A DNA stretch of 64,000 nucleotides from Bacillota bacterium (GTDB taxonomy: Bacteria; Bacillota; JAAYKD01): the NCBI GenBank assembly GCA_963666425.2, contig OY762825.2, positions 1,856,001-1,920,000 on the forward strand, written 5' to 3'. Of the stretch, positions 50,001-56,498 are shown piece by piece (position 1 is the stretch's first letter; every line of letters begins with the position of its first letter). The notes under the pieces were generated by a model. The model was not told where the DNA came from and made no database searches. It saw nothing but the letters and a program-made list of their open reading frames with translations. The position numbers and the translations under genes are program-made.

Positions 50001-53000
50001 ATTAACCTCGGTAAATTATATACCTTACCGGAATACAGCTTCGAGATATGGCAGAATTATTATGACAATGATTCGATGCAGGAGATCAGAGCGCAGGTTT
50101 CTTTCACTAGCGAGACATCTCCGGATCAGCTCAGCACCTATTTGCTGAGCAACGAAATCAGAAATCCTTATCAACTGGAACTGACGGTTCGTCGGACTGC
50201 ACCCAGCGGAACCATCTCGGTGATTTGGCAGCAATTGGATTATAAACAAGCCGCGGCGACGCTCAGCCAAGCTGCGAAGCTGCTCTGCCAGGCATTCCGG
50301 CAGGATTATCGTTTGGCCGAGCCTACTGTCGACGAGCTGACTGCCTATGCGGCTTATGCCGATTGGTCTCTGATGGCAGCGGATGCGGATGCTCAGGCCG
50401 CCATGGCTTTCCTGCTCTGCAATCACGTCATCACGGCAACAGCAGGCAGCGGTGAGGATGCGAATAAATTCTTTGTGGATCCTAACCGCAGCCTCACTCG
50501 CAGCGATGTGGCGGTTCTGGTTTACAATTTAAGCGAACAGCTGAAAGCAGTCGGGATTTTACCGAATGGCTTGCCTCAGGATGTTGCACCGAACAGTTCT
50601 TTCTCTGATGTGACTGCGGCGGATGCCTTCTATACTGCGGTGATGACCTTGGCCAAAGCCGGATTGCTCAGCGGTGATAACGGACAATTCTACCCCACCG
50701 GAGAAGTATCTGCTGACGATGTTGGGCGGCTGATTAACGCTCTGCAGTCAATCATCGGTCCGATTTCCTCAGGCCAGACGAATTTTATAGTATCGAAAAA
50801 TCAAACCCAAACGGTGCAGAGCAAAACCTTCAGCGAAGCGGTCACCGTCACTTGTGAACCGGGGCAAAGCGGGGACTGGGGCGGAGAAATTCGTTTCACC
50901 GATTGCAGCTTTAACGGTGGTATGACGGTGAAATTGGGCGATATCAGCTATGCAGTCAATTTAGATGGAGTCACGCTGCTGAATCAGACGATCCATGCCG
51001 AGCTGGATGAAAGGATTCAACCTGCACCGGTTCAGCTCAATTCACAGCTGCAGATTCAAATCAATGGTGTTGCAACGGGCACGATCATCAACTCCACCGT
51101 GAATGTCAATGTATCCGCTGCGGCCGACTGCACCGGCTTTCAGCTGAATGGCGTGGAAATGACGAAAGCCGCTGCAGCCCAGGCGAGCGATCCATTTGGC
51201 GCCCAGATCATGTGGGAGTGCAACGGGGATCATGCCGATGGTTATAACGGCAACCATGCCGATTGTATCAAGGACCGCAACAATCCAGGTTCCGGATTGG
51301 CTGAGCATTATCTTTCATTGCTGCTCTGGGGGAAGACCGGTTCTGCAACAGTAATTAATCCAGAGAACGGTCAGTATGCTATTTACCGTTATGAGATGAC
51401 GCAGGATTGCACGTGCGCATCCTTATCTTTGGGCAACATCACACCAGCAATCGGTTACCTTTTCCTGACCAGCAGCACGACAGCCAATTGTGCAGTCAGC
51501 GGAACTGTGACAGGGGATCTGGTGGTGATCGGTAACTATGATATCTTGGCCGTTATTGTTACACGTTATGTCCTGCTCAGCGCCTCCTGGGCAAGAGATA
51601 GTCTGGTCAGTATTGGTGCAAAAGAAGTTACGATCACAAATAACGGTAATACAACCATCGGAATCAACGCGAGTGATGGCGCCAGAATCAATGTAGAGCA
51701 ACCGGATCAATACTTTGTAATCAACCAGGCTGAACCGGGCAGCGGTTTTGCCATCGGCATACCGCATGTCTTTGGTGATGCAGGGAATTATGGCGTCTAT
51801 GTTGGCACTGCCAACGCTACGGAATATACTTATACGCTGGAACAGATCCTTTATGATGAGAATCATCCGGATGGCTATGGGCAACCGCTCATGGTCACAC
51901 CAGAGTATTTCGCAGACAAGACCCACCTGAATCCCAGTGTCTCGACGCCAATTACGGATCCGAATAATGTCCGGCTGACGGTGACCTGGACCAAGAACAA
52001 TCAGGTGATCATGGTCGTCTACGCCTGGCTCAATTATCTGCCTCCTACGATCGGCCGCGTCGATGCGGCAATGAAGATTTATGCAGCATTCCAAGACGGC
52101 TATGATCTGGCAGCTCCCACTTCGGGAGAAATCAGTAACTACAGCCTGAGTTACAGCGTTGATTGGGCAGCAATGTCAGCCAATGAACAAGCAGCAATGG
52201 CATTCCTCTTAAAGCATGGCTTGATCAGCGGAGCAGCGAATGAAATCAAACCCTATAATATGCTGACACGGGCGGAAATTGCGGTTATCCTGGATCAGCT
52301 CGATACACTGATCGCATATCACTTAGTTCGTACAAAGACCGCACCCGCTTTTACCGATTTAACAGGAAATGAAGCTTACTATACCGCTGTGATCAAAATG
52401 GTCGAAACAGGTGTCATCACTGATTATGAAGGAACTAGGTTCGCTCCGGATAATGGAGTCCCTGAGGAACTAATGCAAGAGTACCTGATGAATTTTGTCA
52501 GTCTAATTCCATTTGTGCAGCTCGAATCCACGCTTGGCAGTTTTGTGGCCTCGTCTGATTTTAAGCAGGTGATCAACAATAAGAACTTTATCACGCCGGT
52601 TACGATTACTTGCGATACGCTATATGATCCTGCAGTGGAATACAACTGGGGTGGGAATATCGTTTTCAACAACTGCTCTTTCTCCGAAGGTTTGACGCTG
52701 ATTCTCGACACCATCAGTTTTGACGTGGATCTGCGCGGTGCCAATGTTCCCGGTGGGATCAACCTGGTGGCAGGGTCTTCGCTCGATCCTCTGGATGGGG
52801 ATAAATCTATTACACTCTATAGTTTAGCTAACGGCACGACGGTGACTTCCGCAGTCAACTGCATGATCGAAAATTACTGTGTCGGTGATTGGTATACCTT
52901 GAATTTGGTGAAAGTGCAGAGCATCCCCCCGACAGGCAATGAGATGAATTACCATTTTGGCAGCAACATCTATTGGAATTGCGGTGCGGATCATCCTAAG

Positions 53001-53621
53001 GATTACGTGGGAGACCATAGTGAGTGCGCGACAGCAGACCGGTTTATGGCTTTCGCCATTTTTGGCAATGTCCAAACGCTGACAGTTCCTGCCACCGCTG
53101 CTTTCCAACGCTATGAAATGTGGAATAGTCCAGCCAATGTCAACTTGGTTTTCGAAACACCGGGTATTGCGGTTCCTTATTTGGTGATTATCGGTGGTGA
53201 CAATGAAAATTGCCTTAGTTCTTTTGTGCCGAGCGGTATTGTTGATTCGGATGTGATTATCATCAACAATGTCAATGCGGCCAATTTGACAGTGACAGAG
53301 GGACACATCATCTATTATCCTGATTTGGGCGGTGCAGCCGATAAGACTGCTTTGATCAGTGCGCTGGAGACAGCAGGAACGAATTTTTCTTTGGCGATGG
53401 TAAGCGAAACCGGCGCGGATATTCTAACTACTTTCTCATGGGTGACTCCATCGGCCTTTGCAGCTTATCAAATTGCGGTGCAGCAAGCTCAGTCTGTTGC
53501 CGAAAACGGCAGCGCCACGCAAGCAGAGGTCGACGCTGCGGTCAGCGCCTTGAATTTGGCAACCGATAGTTTTAATGACTCAAAACAGCAGGGCACTATG
53601 GTCATGATCCCTCCGGTCTAG
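41028..53621 (+). CDS. Giant secreted SLH-repeat surface protein (~4,200 aa) with Big_3-like Ig domains, five ~590-aa repeats and a C-terminal FIVAR-like helical domain
   Basis: Signal peptide MKWSKQ...AVFA after a GGGAG RBS; PxKxTYxxGExLDxxG Ig domains; repeated SLH motifs (LTRAE.A, F.DV...YY.AV..LAKAGI.SGD.G.F.P); DKTAL...ATQAEVDAAV..L FIVAR-like end. Confidence 0.9.
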   Translation: MKWSKQVIVAIWMSCLLGVLLPLSGAVFAAVPTLAITESNILNGTVTVSGTLSEAGSGQLLIAVYTTDGKMTDVKDVTSDAADGNWSITLEFPGASLRCVKAFLLANSQEGYHPLLTAEEMITSGMLLTIDTAGSYSGQYANVTITDAVGTAPVTLLDMDISGNLTIGGGIAPESLGLLTAASQTVSLTGSTSVAGKVVLNRQGASAQPLQLILEEQAHIQSAEVLGSAGAVIASLTETENTINSITAGQNLQLINTKVGQLTALAGNLQALQVGLYQSEVQNLTVAQAAGATPVSATLGKQVSTFAAAEALFDDLRTARIGAEETLYLNAENKVSVIEGSQALQLQQISEVGSVTMTAALQTDAETSVTALTTNADAVIAGRLQSAQMNAASLDSAPNLTLLGSGVTTLSGKIKKLTLGGEATAILTASTNGENEIGSVEMQTSEPAMQSLSLNLLALSASSGPSFTVMSGSGVGGILTSGSGNLGGISILNGTGSFVPIHLGPGVFAQFVQFGNNSGGQLTLGGTDNQNGQLGALINNSPMPSQLFLPAGSSQSNLISNVFDSNISSGLQMRIGETAPVVPASNNDLAFVGMNIVEPPRKTTYKVNETMDYSGMMVELIYLPGASSVIRTPIVRYEEVKGNQNFLTDLPLLNSAGSYTLQVTHRESQQSVDFLINVVNAYEVEKIRIVQYPAKLTYQIGEPLDLGGGVLAVTYQGITGEQIVPMMTDNQLTDGLVVIGFNSTNPSPQRVQLIFGRRAIVDLDVVVGGKSTLENYRTAALAFITASEANAGLYSNPELTTYNNVLSLMKGLITQAETTDSISYAWEMIEKVIRPLKTNEEKLQLQLSAAREAGYIEIEEYWPINPATQMPYSSADYSSAMLYKIRNIRLIGSRSVSDALTLAEINGELGLIRQTKAKIDAIPRISSSLDIVLAAVSDFSLTIKTGLSFDEKIQLVKENVSRQMISAGGNPLWSVLVTDLGSGSNTVQIADGSGHLSSVKTITVSLTEIETRGSLVITLANHLQGKFSFLPLNADAVIAETENFVETINMTAEQKTAFAFLSYYHLLNGRGQIGNQQIMDPNATINRADFIFLLTALEEAMGVRLPETVTIAAISDLSAENPLYQKALHLARAGVITLGTGETLHPNDSLVSAASDECLSAVDNLIAALSSVISSAETSEQFQTALTDTLIQKIVTAGNFVIDTNDPLNKQLFVTAGTTLTVAADSVFTIDTAQCTVMGTMINEGAIHVTVNGSLSFMAGSVLTNNNSVDVYGRADFQSGSTINGSNTRITYHHNANLLDAAQQIYAQLKDGYRLDLPSQTDINAYAAFYTDWSSITAEPTENIMALAFLLKNQLIVGVPGLGDDVQKISIKPYASLSRAETAMLLIRLETVLIEKATITGLDQTVVLNPVFNDLNGEEAYYDAVLRLAKAGVVQGDTQGNFNPNAAMDATWYTWGSPLSDLVRRFVTALGQIASEQQSFTVLRSETQVIENRRFTNKVSIVCGTPVSTDDYGGSIRFSNCTFAAGLTAEVGLIRYDIDLGMAAVVGGIQVNRSPDNKKFQQNVSVNLNNVAVGTEISSDAVAAVNCGIAAGSFVINGVTVSGAADLGEQGSFGAHLKWECYAPHAESYQGDHSECSGNQFTALAFYDAVEKVEVSAGAAFQNYEMWNNRDDISLNFPAEGVTVSMDRLRINNRNQEFNKTLILSGQVLGDVEISGKVDLSALLNPSHQIYLAAWNNGNQIAIGSQTVTVSGQSDYKTSVQAENGATVIVEQSRQDVVVNDAADNAFSLGGPHIFGDVGNYGIYLMGAPLPAGSYLLEQRTMNAEQEPIWTTINYRMDSIFAENKTHLIPDPATPITDPSAVRLTVHWQPDADTEITIVWPALYYKQAASNRIDLAKRLYAALGEGYGLAAITGGTAEVETLLSGFEEWPQLANEGEGAEALAFLVKNGILNPTAGTNLLPYNDLTRSETAVILYQAIIAMNRLIGLDQSVNISFHDVIAEQTPNFMAIMTLAKAGIVSGDNQGNFYPNERMLSNQIGELITRFVNALGEVARTDSAITSFTVSAAASQPIRNKNFLQTVTIDCVSIAAQVENGWGGRLTFENCNFSRGLILILSEASYGVELGGAAVAEGIQIVPQSNTVPNRFNNQLRLNLSGLADAAVVTSTVGASVNSQVMGGQFTLNHVLVRSTADLGEANYFGAYLRWECYDQHIEQYQGDHSECDPSYQFTTLGTDRSVASLTVDKTAEFQRYEFSNSLNDVQLLFDPDGVPVTMDRMRIIGCNTNGELNTVLVSGLLQGSVEAEGRVDLTNLAVASGAALTAATWSENTEINLGSHAITLVGNGGKTVGIAAVNGATVCFEQAGQKANITNSEAALFEINYAEVLESETGYWLTLNTGNGSDYSYRLEQGSYDQQTQQESWSPLSFTTEVYSGSIHTDLMPSAETPITNPNQVRLIVTWTQGSDTITVVWQRVFYQMPKAKISDAAKQIYQLFQTDYKLLTVNDDDLARYAADYSDWTMMNEDGETRAAVAFLLKNGILSGTAAEDNLTYLNPYQEMTRAEFAKQLFALVNALSGNGTLPGGLAVLSPNLTFSDVVNEAPYYEAVMSMAKAGILSGDNGRFCPDELVLRDDLNGILKGLQTAVGPVVSTQNLFTVNRNQEQTVENKIFSPNTPVVITSAAREGSDAWGGQITFVNCQFNGGLQAMLGNVHYNVNFTGTTTVKDNRIDVSASVLNANYKFDGSVNVQFSGLPESVGVVSSVAASVASNLGGGSVTLNGIKTTGADQIGTTEWFTANLYWECNGYHTADYAGNHAECIKNPRDVIPVPADHYLTYAINGKVKSVTVLPSETTPLQTEICSFRVAEVLDDVSLALGSLQPSLGFFNLNGNTSGLLTVSGNVIGETVVCGKVDITALTHPGYAILIGAWQDNTAVVIGSQTVTVAGYNSKPVIIAALSGAVVKLEQASQAVKINAADPDGGFQPGIPQVFDTDTGFGINLGKLYTLPEYSFEIWQNYYDNDSMQEIRAQVSFTSETSPDQLSTYLLSNEIRNPYQLELTVRRTAPSGTISVIWQQLDYKQAAATLSQAAKLLCQAFRQDYRLAEPTVDELTAYAAYADWSLMAADADAQAAMAFLLCNHVITATAGSGEDANKFFVDPNRSLTRSDVAVLVYNLSEQLKAVGILPNGLPQDVAPNSSFSDVTAADAFYTAVMTLAKAGLLSGDNGQFYPTGEVSADDVGRLINALQSIIGPISSGQTNFIVSKNQTQTVQSKTFSEAVTVTCEPGQSGDWGGEIRFTDCSFNGGMTVKLGDISYAVNLDGVTLLNQTIHAELDERIQPAPVQLNSQLQIQINGVATGTIINSTVNVNVSAAADCTGFQLNGVEMTKAAAAQASDPFGAQIMWECNGDHADGYNGNHADCIKDRNNPGSGLAEHYLSLLLWGKTGSATVINPENGQYAIYRYEMTQDCTCASLSLGNITPAIGYLFLTSSTTANCAVSGTVTGDLVVIGNYDILAVIVTRYVLLSASWARDSLVSIGAKEVTITNNGNTTIGINASDGARINVEQPDQYFVINQAEPGSGFAIGIPHVFGDAGNYGVYVGTANATEYTYTLEQILYDENHPDGYGQPLMVTPEYFADKTHLNPSVSTPITDPNNVRLTVTWTKNNQVIMVVYAWLNYLPPTIGRVDAAMKIYAAFQDGYDLAAPTSGEISNYSLSYSVDWAAMSANEQAAMAFLLKHGLISGAANEIKPYNMLTRAEIAVILDQLDTLIAYHLVRTKTAPAFTDLTGNEAYYTAVIKMVETGVITDYEGTRFAPDNGVPEELMQEYLMNFVSLIPFVQLESTLGSFVASSDFKQVINNKNFITPVTITCDTLYDPAVEYNWGGNIVFNNCSFSEGLTLILDTISFDVDLRGANVPGGINLVAGSSLDPLDGDKSITLYSLANGTTVTSAVNCMIENYCVGDWYTLNLVKVQSIPPTGNEMNYHFGSNIYWNCGADHPKDYVGDHSECATADRFMAFAIFGNVQTLTVPATAAFQRYEMWNSPANVNLVFETPGIAVPYLVIIGGDNENCLSSFVPSGIVDSDVIIINNVNAANLTVTEGHIIYYPDLGGAADKTALISALETAGTNFSLAMVSETGADILTTFSWVTPSAFAAYQIAVQQAQSVAENGSATQAEVDAAVSALNLATDSFNDSKQQGTMVMIPPV
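44910..53330 (+). repeat. Five diverged ~1.76-1.80-kb coding repeats (SLH cluster + beta domains + CHHC motif)
   Basis: Conserved W-x-C motif starts at 45882, 47637, 49413, 51213 and 52974 (spacings 1755, 1776, 1800, 1761 bp). The last copy is shortened. Confidence 0.9.
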
Positions 53622-53714
53622 CAGGAAGATTATCTGCCTGCCTGGCGGTTACTCCTGCCTCATCGTGTTATCGCGCTGCTTTTAAGATCACTTAACTGAA
53701 CTCTAATTCTTTTT

Positions 53715-53765
53715 AGCCTCTCCCCGCAGCCGGTCAACACCTGCCGCAGGGAGAGGCTTGTTTTC
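53715..53765 (+). terminator. Intrinsic terminator after the giant SLH gene
   Basis: AGCCTCTCCC...GGGAGAGGCT hairpin followed by TGTTTT. Confidence 0.7.
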
Positions 53766-53809
53766 AAAGCAGAGGTCACAAGAAGCGACCTAAGATTTTT
53801 CGACTGGCG

Positions 53810-53839
53810 AAAGGAAATCCGGTTTGTTCCGGCGAAATA
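53810..53839 (+). promoter_or_regulatory. sigmaH-like promoter for the S9 peptidase
   Basis: AAAGGAAAT-N12-GGCGAAATA, 50 bp upstream of the start codon. Confidence 0.5.
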
Positions 53840-53889
53840 TCATAGAGAAGGGTAAATAGATACCCAAATCTTGAAGGGAGTCGATTCAG

Positions 53890-55908
53890 ATGAACAAGCG
53901 TCCCATTACCATAGACGATTTTATGGGAATGAAGTTTCCCGGTGACTGCCAACTCAGCCCGGATGGTCAGCATATCGTTTATGTGCACACAACTATGGAT
54001 CTCGAGAAGAATGGTTACAAGAGTACTCTCTGGCTGCTCGACAAAACCAATGAAGGTTGGAGTGCGCCGCATCAATTCACCTATCATCAAAGCAGCGATA
54101 AATTGTTCCGCGACACCGCTCCCCGCTGGACTGCTTGCGGCAACGGCATTTACTTTATGTCCAATCGCAGCGGCAAGAATCAGCTCTGGATCATCGCTCT
54201 GGATGGCGGCGAAGCCAAACAAGTGACCACCTGGGAAGAGGGGTTAGGCGGACTCGTTTGGAATCCTGCCAACAGCAACGAAGTTGCCTTCTCATCCTTC
54301 GTTCCCGGCACCAAACCGGAACAAAAGAATAAAGATATGCGCGTGATCACCAAGCTGCGTTACAAATTCAACGGCATGGGTTTTCTCGATCCCCGCAACA
54401 AACATCTCTTTGTGATGAATCTGAAAACCGGTGAATTTAAACAGATCACCGACGGCAAATTCAGTGAAGTGTCTCCTGCCTGGAGTCCGGACGGTAAGAA
54501 ACTGGCTTTTGTCAGCTCCCGCTTGGAAGACGATGAGATCAATGAAATCAGCAACGTCTGGACCGTTGACATCGCCAGCGGCGAGATCAAAGCGGTCAGC
54601 AACAGCGAAGGCACCGCTCATGATCCGCTCTTCTCTCCGGATGGCAAATGGATTGCCTACCTCGGTCATGAAAAAGGACAAGGTAAAAACGGCGTCAACA
54701 CCAGCATTCTGGTTCGTTCCGTTGAGGGCGGCGCAGCAAAAAATCTAACGGAGCCGTTTGATTATACGGTTGGCAACAACTGCGGCGGCGATGCCAGAGC
54801 CGATGGCGGCAGCGGCGCTTATGCCTGGGTTGGCGACAGTTCAGCCATTTATGCTCTGATTACGGTAGCGGGCGAAACCAATCTCTATCGTTTCGACTTG
54901 AACGACGGCAGCCAAGCGATGGTCACCACCGGCAAACATGCAATCACCAGTTTCAGCGCGGCACCTGCTTTAACCAAAGACGGCAACATGCCGGTCGCCT
55001 ATGTTCTGGACTGCTCGGTTTGCGCCAGCAATATCTATTATAAAGCACCGGAAATGGAAAAAGGTATTCGCTTGACCGAACTCAATCAGGCTTTACTGAA
55101 TGAAGTCTATGTCGCCAAGATGGAACCGATTTCCACGATCAGCCGCGATCAGGTTGAAGTCCACGGCTGGCTGATCAAACCGATCAATTTAGACCCCAAT
55201 CAGAAATATCCTTTGATCCTGGATATTCATGGCGGCCCTTACGGTGCTTCCGGCTACGCTTATTTCTTTGAATATCAGTTAATGGCTGCCAACGGCTATG
55301 CCGTTTTAATCAGCAATCCGCGCGGCTCCGCCACCTATGGTGAGAAACATGCGCTGGGCGTAATTGGTGACTGGGGCGGCGGTGATTATGCCGATTTGAT
55401 GAATATCACCGACCAGGCCTTGAAGGACAATACTTGGCTCGATGCCAATCGCTGCGGTGTGATCGGCGGTTCTTACGGTGGTTATATGACCAACTGGATG
55501 ATCACCCAGACCAATCGTTTCAAAGCAGCTGTTTCCCTGCGTTCCATCTCCAATATCTACACAAAATATGGCGTATCCGATATTGGCTGGGTTGGCAACA
55601 AGTCCGGTATGGGCGGTGTCGATCTTTGGGATAAAGGCGGCGAAGAATTTATCATGTCGCGCAGCCCAATCCGTTATGCTCCCAATGTCAAGACCCCTGT
55701 TTTATTTATGCAGTCCGAAGAAGATTATCGCTGCACCATGGAACAAGCCGAACAGTTCTATGTCGCTTTGATGCGGCTGGGCAACAAGTGCGAATTCGTC
55801 CGCTTTGCCGGCGAAAATCATGAGCTTTCCCGCAGCGGCAAACCGATGAACCGTCAAGATCGCCTACGTCAGATTATGCGTTGGTTCGATACCTATCTGA
55901 TGAAATAA
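53890..55908 (+). CDS. S9-family serine peptidase (acylaminoacyl/dipeptidyl peptidase type)
   Basis: PD40/WD-like propeller (WSPDG, FSPDG), IHGGP, nucleophile GGSYGG, catalytic Asp (EDYRC) and His (GENH). Confidence 0.93.
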   Translation: MNKRPITIDDFMGMKFPGDCQLSPDGQHIVYVHTTMDLEKNGYKSTLWLLDKTNEGWSAPHQFTYHQSSDKLFRDTAPRWTACGNGIYFMSNRSGKNQLWIIALDGGEAKQVTTWEEGLGGLVWNPANSNEVAFSSFVPGTKPEQKNKDMRVITKLRYKFNGMGFLDPRNKHLFVMNLKTGEFKQITDGKFSEVSPAWSPDGKKLAFVSSRLEDDEINEISNVWTVDIASGEIKAVSNSEGTAHDPLFSPDGKWIAYLGHEKGQGKNGVNTSILVRSVEGGAAKNLTEPFDYTVGNNCGGDARADGGSGAYAWVGDSSAIYALITVAGETNLYRFDLNDGSQAMVTTGKHAITSFSAAPALTKDGNMPVAYVLDCSVCASNIYYKAPEMEKGIRLTELNQALLNEVYVAKMEPISTISRDQVEVHGWLIKPINLDPNQKYPLILDIHGGPYGASGYAYFFEYQLMAANGYAVLISNPRGSATYGEKHALGVIGDWGGGDYADLMNITDQALKDNTWLDANRCGVIGGSYGGYMTNWMITQTNRFKAAVSLRSISNIYTKYGVSDIGWVGNKSGMGGVDLWDKGGEEFIMSRSPIRYAPNVKTPVLFMQSEEDYRCTMEQAEQFYVALMRLGNKCEFVRFAGENHELSRSGKPMNRQDRLRQIMRWFDTYLMK

Positions 55909-55966
55909 TCGCAAAAACAAAATATCTCTGCCTTCGGGCAGGAATGTCGCTCTGAGAAGCAGAATC

Positions 55967-56006
55967 AAAAAGGCGTATTGGTATGAACTTACCAATGCGC
56001 CTTTTT
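55967..56006 (+). terminator. Intrinsic terminator after the S9 peptidase
   Basis: AAAAAGGCGTATTGGTA-TGAACT-TACCAATGCGCCTTTTTT; a C(UUCG)G hairpin also lies at 55928-55941. Confidence 0.8.
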
Positions 56007-56034
56007 TAAATAACCAATAAAGGGGGAGATCAAT

Positions 56035-56437
56035 ATGAAAAGCAAATTAATCAGTGGAACGCATCACATCGCTTTAAAAACTCAAGGGGAGGTTGAATTT
56101 CGGCAAGCAGTTGATTTTTATGCGGGTCTGCTTGGCTTGCAGGAAATCAGATCCTGGCAGAATGGCAATGACTGCGGTGTGATGCTGTCAACCGGTAATA
56201 GCATAATAGAAATCACTTCAAACGGCAAGGCGGCAGCATCTCAAGGCAGTATTCGGCACTTTCGCTTTAGCGACTCAAGACGAGGATGCCTGTATTCGGT
56301 TGGTTCGGGAAGCCGGCTACCCAATTGTGATGGAGCCAAAAGATGTAGTGATTGCTTCTGATCCGGCATATCCAATTCGAATTGGTTTTTGCCTGGGGCC
56401 GGTTGGAGAAGAAATCGAGTTTTTCTGTGAAAAATAA
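56035..56437 (+). pseudogene. VOC/glyoxalase-family protein with a +1 frameshift (real or sequencing error)
   Basis: N-terminal HHIAL...FY..LLGL...IEI. Removing one T at 56260-56262 restores HFALATQDEDACIRLVREAGY...IGFCLGPVGEEIEFFCEK-stop, the standard VOC second half. Confidence 0.8.
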
Positions 56438-56498
56438 AGTAAATTTTTAATCCGGCAGGAGTGTGCTTGTGGCAGTCTCCTACAGAGAATGATCAGAA

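Noticed and set aside
45882-53027. Multihaem cytochrome interpretation of the repeated Cys/His motif
   Set aside because: The order is C-x3-H-x7-H-x2-C, not CxxCH, and there are no cytochrome c maturation genes in the window.
44910-53330. Diversity-generating retroelement or CRISPR-like array behind the periodicity
   Set aside because: The repeats are ~1.8-kb coding units that differ at all base types; no reverse transcriptase, template/variable repeat pair or short spaced direct repeats were seen.
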